Position numbers and translations under genes: made by a program. A stretch of 64,000 bases of DNA from the human T2T-CHM13v2.0 reference genome, Homo sapiens: NCBI RefSeq assembly GCF_009914755.1, contig NC_060948.1; one strand, written 5' to 3'. The notes under the pieces were generated by a model. The model was given only the letters and a program-made list of their open reading frames with translations, was not told where the DNA came from and did not search any database. This document shows, piece by piece, positions 13,301-26,600 of this stretch. The first letter of the stretch is position 1. Each line of letters starts with the position of its first letter.

Positions 13301-16300
13301 GACTGGAATCAAACGGAATGGAATGCAATGCAATCAAATGGCATAGAATAAGATAGAATGAAAGAGAATCAAATGGAATTGAATGGAATGGAATCGAATG
13401 GATTGGAAAGGAATAGAATGGAATGGAATGGAATTGACTCAAATGGAATGGACTAGAATGGAATGGATTCGAATGGAAGGCAAAGGAATGGAATCTATTG
13501 GAATGGACTGTAATGGAATGCAATGGAAGGGATTGGAATGGACTCGAATGGAATGGACTGCAATAGAAAGGATTCGAATGGAATGAAAAAGAATTGAATG
13601 GAATAGAACAGAATGGAATCAAATCGAATGAAATGGAATGGAATAGAAAGGAATGGAATGAAATGGAATGGAAAGGATTCGAATGGAATGCAAACGAATG
13701 GAATGGAATCGAACGGAATGGAATAAAATGGAAGAAAACTGGCAAGAAATGGAATTGAAATGAATGGAGTGTTATGGAAGGGACTCAAAAGGAATTGAAT
13801 GTAATAGAATGGAGTGGAGTGGACTCGAATATAATGGACTGGAATGGAATGAAATCACATGGAATGGGAACGAATGGAATGGAATGGAAAGGAATGGAAT
13901 CGAATGGAAAGGAATCGAATGGAAGGGAATGAAATTTAACCAACAGGAATGGAACGGAATAGAATAGACCGTAATGGAATGGACTCGAATAGAATGGACA
14001 CTAATGCTCAAATTGAATGGACTCGAATGGAATGGAAACGAAAGGAATGTCATCGAATGGAATTGAATCGATTGGAATGAAATCGCATAGAATGGAGTGG
14101 AATCAAATGGAATTGAATCGAAAGGAAAGGAAGCGAATGGACTGAAATAAAATGGAATGGAATTGAATGGAAAGTAATGCAATGGAATAGAATGGAACGA
14201 AATTTCACGGAATGGAATCAAACTGAATGGAATCAAATCAATGGAATCAAATCAAATGGAATGGAAAGGAATTGAATGGAGTAGATTGGATTGGATGGGA
14301 TTGGAATGAAATGTACTGGAAAGGACTCGAATTTCATGAAACGGAATGGAATGAATTGGAACGGAATGGACTCGAATGGAATGGAATGTCATGGAATGGC
14401 ATCAAATGGAATGGCATCAAATGGAATGGAATCGAATGCAATGGAATGCTATGGAATGGAATGGAATGCATTGGAATGGAATGTCCTCTAATGGAATGGA
14501 TTCGAGTGGAATGGAATCGAATATAATGGAGTCGAATGAAATGGAATTGAAAAGAATGGGATCGAATACAATGGAATATACTGGAATGTAATGTAATGAA
14601 CTCGAATGTAATTGACTGGAATGGAATGTATATGAATGGAATGTAATCGAATGGAAAGTAATCCAATGGAATAGAATCTAATGCAATAAAATCGACTCAG
14701 ATAGAGTAGAATGTAATGGAATGGAGTGCAGTGCAATGGAATGGAATGGAATGGAATGCAATGGAATGGAATGGAATGGAATGGAATGGGATGGAATGGT
14801 ATGGAATGGATAGTAATGGACTGGAGTGAAATGGACTCAAATTGAAAGGGCTCGAAAGGAATGGAGACAAATGGAATGGTCTGGAATGGAATGAACACGA
14901 ATGTAATGCATTCCAATAGAATAGAGTCGAATGGCATGGAATATAAAGAAATGGAATCGAAGAGAATAGAAACAAATGGAATGGAATTGAATGGAATGGA
15001 ATTGAATGGAATGGGAACGAATGGAGTGAAATTGTATGCAGTAGAAGAGAATAGAATGGAATGCAAGCGAAAGGAAAGTAATGGATTGGAATGGAATGGA
15101 ATTCATTGGAATGGAAGGGAATGTAGTGTAATGGACAGGCCTGGAATAAAGTGGAAAGCTACGGTCTCGAGTGGAATAAAAATGTATGGATTGGAATGCA
15201 ATGAAACGGAATCGAATGTCATAGAATGTAATGGAATGCAAAAAAATGGAATCCGAAATCATTGACTGGAAAGGCTGGGTGTCGAAAGGAATTGACTCCA
15301 ATGGAATGGAATCGAATGGAATGGAAGTGAATAGAATCGAACTAAATCGAATGGAATGGAATTGATAGGAACGGAATGGAAAGGAATGCAATGATTTGGC
15401 ATGGAATGGAATCGAATGGCATCGAATGGAATGGAATGGAATGCAATGGAATGGAATGTATTAGAATGTAATGAACTTTAATGGAATGTACTCGAAAGGA
15501 TTTGACTGGAATGGAATGATCTGGAAGTGAATGGACTCCAATGGAATGGATTCGAAAGGAATGGAATCGTACGGAATGGAATCTAATGGAATGGAATTAA
15601 ATGGAAATGAATCAAATTGAATAGCACGGAATTGAATTGAATGGAATGGAATGCAATGGAATCTAATGAAACGGAAAGGAAAGGAATGCAATGGAATGGA
15701 ATGGGCTGGAATGGAAAGGAATCGAAACGAATGGAATGGAATCGAACTGAAGAGACTGGAATGGAATGCACTGGAATGGAAGGGAGTGTAATGGAAGGTT
15801 CTCGAAAAAAATGGAATCGAATGGAATGGAATTGAGTGGAACGGAATAGAGTCGAATGGAATTGAATGGAATGGAATGGACTAGAGTGAAATGGAATCGA
15901 ACCACAAGGAATGGACAGGAATAGAATGGTCTCGAATTGAATGGAATCGTATGGAATGGCATCAAACGGAATGGAATGGACAGCCACGGAATGGAATGCA
16001 CTCGAATGCAATGGAGTCGAAACTAATGGACTGGAATAGAATGGACTCGACTGGTACGGACTCCAATGGAATGGAATCGAATGGAAGGGAATCGAACGGA
16101 ATGGACTCGAAGGGAAAAGACTGCAATGGAACGGTCTCGAATGGAATGGAAATTAATGGAATGGAATGGAATCGAATGAAATGGAGTCAAAAGGAATGGA
16201 ATCGAATGGCAAGAAATCGAATGTAATGGAATCGCAAGGAATTGATATGAACGGAACGGAATGGAATGGAATCCAAAGGAATGGAATAGAATGGAATGGA

Positions 16301-19300
16301 ATCGAATGGAAAGGACTCGAATGGAAATCACTCGAATAGAATGCAATTTAATAAAATAGGATCAAATGTAATGGAATGGAATGGAAAGGAATCGAAACGA
16401 AAGGAATGGAGACAGATGGAATGGAATGGAACAGATAGCAATGGTATACAATGGAATGGAATCATCTGGAATGGAATTGAATGGAATGGAATAATATGAA
16501 ATGGAATGGAATGGAATGGAATGGAATGCCCTTGAATTAAATGGACTGGACTCGAACAGAGTGGAATGGAAAGTGTTGAGATAGAATGGAATGGACTCCT
16601 TTGGAATGGTCTAGTATGCAATGCAATCGACTGGCAGGGAATCAAAAGGAATGTAATGGAATGGATTGGACTGGAATGCAATGGACTCGAATAGATTGGA
16701 AACGGAATGCAAAGGAATGGAATGGAATAGTATGGAATGGAATGGAAAGGAATGGAGTGGAATAGACTAGAGTGGAATGGAATGGACTGGAAAGCAATGG
16801 ACTGGAATGAAACTTTCTTGAATGGACTGGAATCAAACGGAATGGAATGCAATGCAATCAAATGGCATGGAATAAGATAGAATGAAAGAGAATCAAATGG
16901 AATTGAATCGAATGGAATCGAATGGATTGGAAAGGAATAGAATGGAATGGAATGGAATTGACTCAAATGGAATGGACTAGAATGGAATGGATTCGAATGG
17001 AAGGCAAAGGAATGGAATCTATTGGAATGGACTGTAATGGAATGGAATGGAAGGGATTGGAATGGACTCGAATGGAATGGACTGTAATAGAAAGGATTCG
17101 AATGGAATGAAAAAGAATTGAATGGAATAGAACAGAATGGAATCAAATCGAATGAAATGGAATGGAATAGAAAGGAATGGAATGAAATGGAATGGAAAGG
17201 ATTCGAATGGAATGCAATCGAATGGAATGGAATCGAACGGAATGGAATAAAATGGAAGAAAACTGGCAAGAAATGGAATCGAAATGAATGGAGTGTTATG
17301 GAACGGACTCAAAAGGAATTGAATGTAATAGAATGGAGTGGAGTGGACTCGAATATAATGGACTGGAATGGAATGAAATCACATGGAATGGGAACGAATG
17401 GAATGGAATGGAAAGGAATGGAATCGAATGGAAAGGAATCGAACGGAAGGGAATGAAATTGAATCAACAGGAATGGAAGGGAATAGAATAGACTGTAATG
17501 GAATGGACACGAATAGAATGGACACGAATGCTCAAATTGAATGGACTCGAATGGAATGGAAAGGAAAGGAAAGTCATCGAATGGAATTGAATCGATTGGA
17601 ATGAAATCGCATAGAATGGAGTGGAATCAAATGGAATTGAATCGAAAGGAAAGGAAGCGAATGGACTGAAATGAAATGGAATGGAATTGAATGGAAAGTA
17701 ATGCAATGGAATAGAATGGAACGAAATTTCACGGAATGGAATCAAACTGAATGGAATCAAATCAATGGAATCTAATCAAATTGAATGGAAAGGAATTGAA
17801 TTTAGTATATTGGATTGGATGGGATTGGAATGAAATGTACTGGAAAGGACTCGAATTTCATGAAACGGAATGGAATGAATTGGAACGGAATGGACTCGAA
17901 TGGAATGGAATGACATGGAATGGCATCAAATGGAATGGCATCAAATGGAATGGAATCGAATACAATGGAATGCTATGGAATGGAATGGAATGCATTGGAA
18001 TGGAATGTCCTCTAATGGAATGGATTCGAGTGGAATGGAATCGAATATAATGGAGTCGAATGAAATGGAATTGAAAGGAATGGGATCGAATAGAATGGAA
18101 TATACTGGAATGTAATGTAATGAACTCGAATGTAATTGACTGGAATGGAATGTACATGAATGGAATGTAATCGAATATAAAGTAATCCAATGGAATAGAA
18201 TCTAATGCAATAAAATCGACTCAGATAGAGTAGAATGTAATGGAATGGAGTGCAGTGCAATGGAATGGAATGGAATGGAATGCAATGGAATGGAATGGAA
18301 TGGAATGGAATGGAATGGGATGGAATGGGGTGGAATGGTATGGAATGGATAGTAATGGACTGGAGTGAAATGGACTGGAAAGGAATGGACTCAAATTGAA
18401 AGGGCTCGAAAGGAATGGAGACAAATGAAATGGTCTGGAATGGAATGAACACGAATGTAATGCAATCCAATAGAATGGAGTCGAATGGCATGGAATATAA
18501 AGAAATGGAATCGAAGAGAATGGAAACAAATGGAATGGAATTGAATGGAATGGAATTGAATGGAATGGGAACGAATGGAGTGAAATTGTATGCAGTAGAA
18601 GAGAATAGAATGGAATGCAAGCGAAAGGAAAGGAATGGATTGGAATGGAATGGAATTCATTGGAATGGAAGGGAATGTAGTGTAATGGACAGGCCTGGAA
18701 TAAAGTGGAATGCTACGGTCTCGAATAGAATAAAAATGTATGGAATGGAATGCAATGAAACGGAATCTAATGTCATAGAATGTAATGGAATGCAAAAAAA
18801 TGGAATCCAAAATCATTGACTGGAAAGGCTGGGTGTCGAAAGGAATTGACTCCAATGGAATGGAATCGAATGGAATGGAAGTGAATAGAATCGAACTAAA
18901 TCGAATGGAATGGAATTGATAGGAACGGAATGGAAAGGAATGCAAGGATTTGGCATGGAATGGAATCGAATGGCATCGAATGGAATGGAATGGAATGCAA
19001 TGGAATGGAATGTATTAGAATGTAATGAACTTTAATGGAATGTACTCGAATGGATTCGACTGGAATGGAATGTTCTGGAAGTGAATGGACTCCAATGGAA
19101 TGGATTCAAAAGGAATGGAATCGTACGGAATGGAATCTAATGGAATGGAATTAAATGGAAATGAATCAAATTGAATAGCACGGAATTGAATTGAATGGAA
19201 TCGAATGCAATGGAATCTAATGAAACGGAAAGGAAAGGAATGGAATGGAATGGAATGGGCTGGAATGGAAAGGAATCGAAACGAATGGAATGGAATCGAA

Positions 19301-20600
19301 CTGAAGAGACTGGAATGGAATGCACTGGAATGGAAGGGAGTGTAATGGAAGGTTCTCGAAAAAAATGGAATCGAATGGAATGGAATTGAATGGAACGGAA
19401 TAGAGTCGAATGGAATTGAATGGAATGGAATGGACTAGAGTGAAATGGAATCGAACCACAAGGAATGGACAGGAATAGAATGGTCTCGAATTGAATGGAA
19501 TCGTATGGAATGGCATCAAACGGAATGGAATGGACAGCCACGGAATGGAATGCACTCGAATGCAATGGAGTCGAAACTAATGGACTGGAATAGAATGGAT
19601 TCGACTGGTACGGACTCCAATGGAATGGAATCGAATGGAAGGGAATCGAACGGAATGGACTCGAAGGGAAAAGACTGCAATGGAAAGGTCTCGAATGGAA
19701 TGGAAATTAATGGAATGGAATGGAATCGAATGAAATGGAGTCAAAAGGAATGGAATCGAATGGCAAGAAATCAAATGTAATGGAATCGCAAGGAATTGAT
19801 GTGAACGGAACGGAATGGAATGGAATCCAAAGGAATGGAATAGAATGGAATGGAATCGAATGGAAAGGACTCGAATGGAAATCACTCGAATAGAATGCAA
19901 TTTAATAAAATAGGATCAAATGTAATGGAATGGAATGGAAAGGAATCGAAACGAAAGGAATGGAGACAGATGGAATGGAATGGAACAGAGAGCAATGGTA
20001 TAGAATGGAATGGAATCATCTGGAATGGAATTGAATGGAATGGAATAATATGAAATGGAATGGAATGGAATGGAATGGAATGGAATGCCCTTGAATTAAA
20101 TGGAATGGACTCGAACAGAGTGGAATGGAAAGTGTTGAGATAGCATGGAATGGACTCCTTCGGAATGGTCTAGTATGCAATGCAATCGACTGGCAGGGAA
20201 TCAAAAGGAATGTAATCGAATGGATTGGACTGGAATGCAATGGACTCGAATAGATTGGAAACGGAATGCAAAGGAATGGAATGGAATAGTATGGAATGGA
20301 ATGGAAAGGAATGGAGTGGAATAGACTAGAGTGGAATGGAATGGACTGGAAAGCAATGGACTGGAATGGAACTTTCTTGAATGGACTGGAATCAAACGGA
20401 ATGGAATGCAATGCAATCAAATGGCATGGAATAAAATAGAATGAAAGAGAATCAAATGGAATTGAATCGAATGGAATCGAATGGATTGGAAAGGAATAGA
20501 ATGGAATGGAATGGAATTGACTCAAATGGAATGGACTAGAATGGAATGGATTCGAATGGAAGGCAAAGGAATGGAATCTATTGGAATGGACTGTAATGGA
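10340..20600 (+). repeat. Subfamily D block (units 4-6), older and mutually divergent units
   Basis: All share GACTCAGATAG, the 15-bp ATCGTACGG segment and GTTGAGATAG. Each unit has many private changes, with lengths 3559, 3524 and 3559. Confidence 0.7.
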
Positions 20601-23600
20601 ATGGAATGGAAGGGATTGGAATGGACTCGAATGCAATGGACTGCAATAGAAAGGATTCGAATGGAATGAAAAAGAATTGAATGGAATAGAACAGAATGGA
20701 ATCAAATCGAATGAAATGGAATGGAATAGAAAGGAATGGAATGAAATGGAATGGAAAGGATTCGAATGGAATGCAATCGAATGGAATGGAATCGAACGGA
20801 ATGGAATAAAATGGAAGAAAACTGGCAAGAAATGGAATCGAAATGAATGGAGTGTTATGGAACGGACTCAAAAGGAATTGAATGTAATAGAATGGAGTGG
20901 AGTGGACTCGAATATAATGGACTGGAATGGAATGAAATCACATGGAATGGGAACGAATGGAATGGAATGGAAAGGAATGGAATCGAATGGAAAGGAATCG
21001 AACGGAAGGGAATAAAATTGAATCAACAGGAATGGAAGGGAATAGAATAGACGGTAATGGAATGGACTCGAATAGAATGGACACGAATGCTCAAATTGAA
21101 TGGACTCGAAAGGAATGGAAAGGAAAGGAATGTCATCGAATGGAATTGAATCGATTGGAATGAAATCGCATAGAATGGAGTGGAATCAAATGGAATTGAA
21201 TCGAAAGGAAAGGAAGCGAATGGACTGAAATGAAATGGAATGGAATTGAATGGAAATTAATGCAATGGAATAGAATGGAACGAAATTTCACGGAATGGAA
21301 TCAAACTGAATGGAATCAAATCAATGGAATCTAATCAAATGGAATGGAAAGGAATTGAATGGAGTAGATTGGATTGGATGGGATTGGAATGAAATGTACT
21401 GGAAAGGACTCGAATTTCATGAAACGGAATGGAATGAATTGGAACGGAATGGACTCGAATGGAATGGAATGTCATGGAATGGCATCAAATGGAATGGCAT
21501 CAAATGGAATGGAATCGAATGCAATGGAATGCTATGGAATGGAATGGAATGCATTGGAATGGAATGTCCTCTAATGGAATGGATTCGAGTGGAATGGAAT
21601 CGAATATAATGGAGTCGAATGAAATGGAATTGAAAGGAATGGGATCGAATACAATGGAATATACTGGAATGAAATGTAATGAACTCGAATGTAATTGACT
21701 GGAATGGAATGTACATGAATGGAATGTAATCGAATGGAAAGTAATCCAATGGAATAGAATCTAATGCAATAAAATCGACTCAAATAGAGTAGAATGTAAT
21801 GGAATGGAGTGCAGTGCAATGGAATGGAATGGAATGGAATGGAATGGAATGGAATGGGATGGAATGGTATGGAATGGATAGTAATGGACTGGAGTGAAAT
21901 GGACTGGAAAGGAATGGACTCAAATTGAAAGGGCTCGAAAGGAATGGAGTCAAATGGAATGATCTGGAATGGAATGAACACGAATGTAATGCAATCCAAT
22001 AGAATGGAATCGAATGGCATGGAATATAAAGAAATGGAATCGAAGAGAATGGAAACAAATGGAATGGAATTGAATGGAATGGAATTGAATGGAATGGGAA
22101 GGAATGGAGTGAAATTGTATGCAGTAGAAGAGAATAGAATGGAATGCAAGCGAAAGGAAAGGAATGGATTGGAATGGAATGGAATTCATTGGAATGGAAG
22201 GGAATGTAGTGTAATGGACAGGCCTGGAATAAAGTGGAATGCTACGGTCTCGAATGGAATAAAAATGTATGGAATGGAATGCAATGAAACGGAATCGAAT
22301 GTCATAGAATGTAATGGAATGCAAAAAATGGAATCCAAAATCATTGACTGGAAAGGCTGGGTGTCGAAAGGAATTGACTCCAATGGAATGGAATCGAATG
22401 GAATGGAAGTGAATAGAATCGAACTAAATCGAATGGAATGGAATTGATAGGAACGGAATGGAAAAGAATGCAATGATTTGGCATGGAATGGAATCGAATG
22501 GCATCGAATGGAATGGAATGGAATGCAATGGAATGGAATGTGTTAGAATGTAATGAACTTTAATGGAATGTACTCGAATGGATTCGACTGGAATGGAATG
22601 TTCTGGAAGTGAATGGACTCCAATGGAATGGATTCAAAAGGAATGGAATCGTACGGAATGGAATCTAATGGAATGGAATTAAATGGAAATGAATCAAATG
22701 GAATAGCACGGAATTGAATTGAATGGAATCGAGTGCAATGGAATCTAATGAAACGGAAAGGAAAGGAATGGAATGGAATGGAATGGGCTGGAATGGAAAG
22801 GAATCGAAATGAATGGAATGGAATCGAACTGAAGAGACTGGAATGGAATGCACTGGAATGGAAGGGAGTGTAATGGAAGGTTCTCGAAAAAAATGGAATC
22901 GAATGGAATGGAATTGAATGGAACGGAATAGAGTCGAATGGAATTGAATGGAATGGAATGGACTAGAGTGAAATGGAATAGAACCACAAGGAATGGACAG
23001 GAATAGAATAGTCTCGAATTGAATGGAATCGTATGGAATGGCATCAAACGGAATGGAATGGATAGCCACGGAATGGAATGCACTCCAATGCAATGGAGTC
23101 GAAACTAATGGACTGGAATAGAATGGACTCGACTGGTACGGACTCCAATGGAATGGAATCGAATGGAAGGAAATCGAATGGAATGGACTCGAAAGGAAAA
23201 GACTGCAATGGAATGGTCTCGAATGGAATGGAAATTAATGGAATGGAATGGAATCGAATGAAATGGAGTCAAAAGGAATGGAATCGAATGGCAAGAAATC
23301 GAATGTAATGGAATCGCAAGGAATTGATGTGAAAGGAACAGAATGGAATGGAATCCAAAGGAATGGAATAGAATGGAATGGAATCGAATGGAAAGGACTC
23401 GAATGGAAATCACTCGAATAGAATGCAATTTAATAAAATAGGATCAAATGTAATGGAATGGAATGGAAAGGAATCGAAACGAAAGGAATGGAGACAGATG
23501 GAATGGAATGGAACAGAGAGCAATGGTATAGAATGGAATGGAATCATCTGGAATGGAATTGAATGGAATGGAATAATATGAAATGGAATGGAATGGAATG

Positions 23601-26600
23601 GAATGGAATGCCCTTGAATTAAATGGACTGGAATGGAATGGACTCGAACAGAGTGGAATGGAAAGTGTTGAGATAGAATGGAATGGACTCCTTTGGAATG
23701 GTGTAGTATGCAATGCAATCGACTGGCAGGGAATCAAAAGGAATGTAATCGAATGGATTGGACTGGAATGCAATGGACTCGAATAGATTGGAAACGGAAT
23801 GCAAAGGAATGGAATGGAATAGTATGGAATGGAATGGAAAGGAATGGAGTGGAATAGACTAGAGTGGAATGGAATGGACTGGAAAGCAATGGACTGGAAT
23901 GGAACTTTCTTGAATGGACTGGAATCAAACGGAATGGAATGCAATGCAATCAAATGGCATGGAATAAAATAGAATGAAAGAGAATCAAATGGAATTGAAT
24001 CGAATGGAATCGAATGGATTGGAAAGGAATAGAATGGAATGGAATGGAATTGACTCAAATGGAATGGACTAGAATGGAATGGATTCGAATGGAAGGCAAA
24101 GGAATGGAATCTATTGGAATGGACTGTAATGGAATGGAATGGAAGGGATTGGAATGGACTCGAATGCAATGGACTGCAATAGAAAGGATTCGAATGGAAT
24201 GAAAAAGAATTGAATGGAATAGAACAGAATGGAATCAAATCGAATGAAATGGAATGGAATAGAAAGGAATGGAATGAAATGGAATGGAAAGGATTCGAAT
24301 GGAATGCAATCGAATGGAATGGAATCGAACGGAATGGAATAAAATGGAAGAAAACTGGCAAGAAATGGAATCGAAATGAATGGAGTGTTATGGAACGGAC
24401 TCAAAAGGAATTGAATGTAATAGAATGGAGTGGAGTGGACTCGAATATAATGGACTGGAATGGAATGAAATCACATGGAATGGGAACGAATGGAATGGAA
24501 TGGAAAGGAATGGAATCGAATGGAAAGGAATCGAACGGAAGGGAATAAAATTGAATCAACAGGAATGGAAGGGAATAGAATAGACGGTAATGGAATGGAC
24601 TCGAATAGAATGGACACGAATGCTCAAATTGAATGGACTCGAAAGGAATGGAAAGGAAAGGAATGTCATCGAATGGAATTGAATCGATTGGAATGAAATC
24701 GCATAGAATGGAGTGGAATCAAATGGAATTGAATCGAAAGGAAAGGAAGCGAATGGACTGAAATGAAATGGAATGGAATTGAATGGAAATTAATGCAATG
24801 GAATAGAATGGAACGAAATTTCACGGAATGGAATCAAACTGAATGGAATCAAATCAATGGAATCTAATCAAATGGAATGGAAAGGAATTGAATGGAGTAG
24901 ATTGGATTGGATGGGATTGGAATGAAATGTACTGGAAAGGACTCGAATTTCATGAAACGGAATGGAATGAATTGGAACGGAATGGACTCGAATGGAATGG
25001 AATGTCATGGAATGGTATCAAATGGAATGGCATCAAATGGAATGGAATCGAATGCAATGGAATGCTATGGAATGGAATGGAATGCATTGGAATGGAATGT
25101 CCTCTAATGGAATGGATTCGAGTGGAATGGAATCGAATATAATGGAGTCGAATGAAATGGAATTGAAAGGAATGGGATCGAATAGAATGGAATATACTGG
25201 AATGTAATGTAATGAACTCGAATGTAATTGACTGGAATGGAATGTACATGAATGGAATGTAATCGAATGGAAAGTAATCCAATGGAATAGAATCTAATGC
25301 AATAAAATCGACTCAAATAGAGTAGAATGTAATGGAATGGAGTGCAGTGCAATGGAATGGAATGGAATGGAATGCAATGGAATAGAATGGAATGGAATGG
25401 AATGGGATGGAATGGTATGGAATGGATAGTAATGGACTGGAGTGAAATGGACTGGAAAGGAATGGACTCAAATTGAAAGGGCTCGAAAGGAATGGAGTCA
25501 AATGGAATGGTCTGGAATGGAATGAACACGAATGTAATGCAATCCAATAGAATGGAATCGAATGGCATGGAATTTAAAGAAATGGAATCGAAGAGAATGG
25601 AAACAAATGGAATGGAATTGAATGGAATGGAATTGAATGGAATGGGAAGGAATGGAGTGAAATTGTATGCAGTAGAAGAGAATAGAATGGAATGCAAGCG
25701 AAAGGAAAGGAATGGATTGGAATGGAATGGAATTCATTGGAATGGAAGGGAATGTAGTGTAATGGACAGGCCTGGAATAAAGTGGAATGCTACGGTCTCG
25801 AATGGAATAAAAATGTATGGAATGGAATGCAATGAAACGGAATCGAATGTCATAGAATGTAATGGAATGCAAAAAATGGAATCCAAAGTCATTGACTGGA
25901 AAGGCTGGGTGTCGAAAGGAATTGACTCCAATGGAATGGAATCGAATGGAATGGAAGTGAATAGAATCGAACTAAATCGAATGGAATGGAATTGATAGGA
26001 ACGGAATGGAAAAGAATGCAATGATTTGGCATGGAATGGAATCGAATGGCATCGAATGGAATGGAATGGAATGCAATGGAATGGAATGTGTTAGAATGTA
26101 ATGAACTTTAATGGAATGTACTCGAATGGATTCGACTGGAATGGAATGTTCTGGAAGTGAATGGACTCCAATGGAATGGATTCAAAAGGAATGGAATCGT
26201 ACGGAATGGAATCTAATGGAATGGAATTAAATGGAAATGAATCAAATGGAATAGCACGGAATTGAATTGAATGGAATCGAGTGCAATGGAATCTAATGAA
26301 ACGGAAAGGAAAGGAATGGAATGGAATGGAATGGGCTGGAATGGAAAGGAATCGAAATGAATGGAATGGAATCGAACTGAAGAGACTGGAATGGAATGCA
26401 CTGGAATGGAAGGGAGTGTAATGGAAGGTTCTCGAAAAAAATGGAATCGAATGGAATGGAATTGAATGGAACGGAATAGAGTCGAATGGAATTGAATGGA
26501 ATGGAATGGACTAGAGTGAAATGGAATAGAACCACAAGGAATGGACAGGAATAGAATAGTCTCGAATTGAATGGAATCGTATGGAATGGCATCAAACGGA

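Noticed and set aside
21944-22447. Longer 167-aa ORF in units 7-11 suggesting a phase-variable gene
   Set aside because: It results from a 1-bp homopolymer deletion in satellite sequence and is useful only as a subfamily marker.
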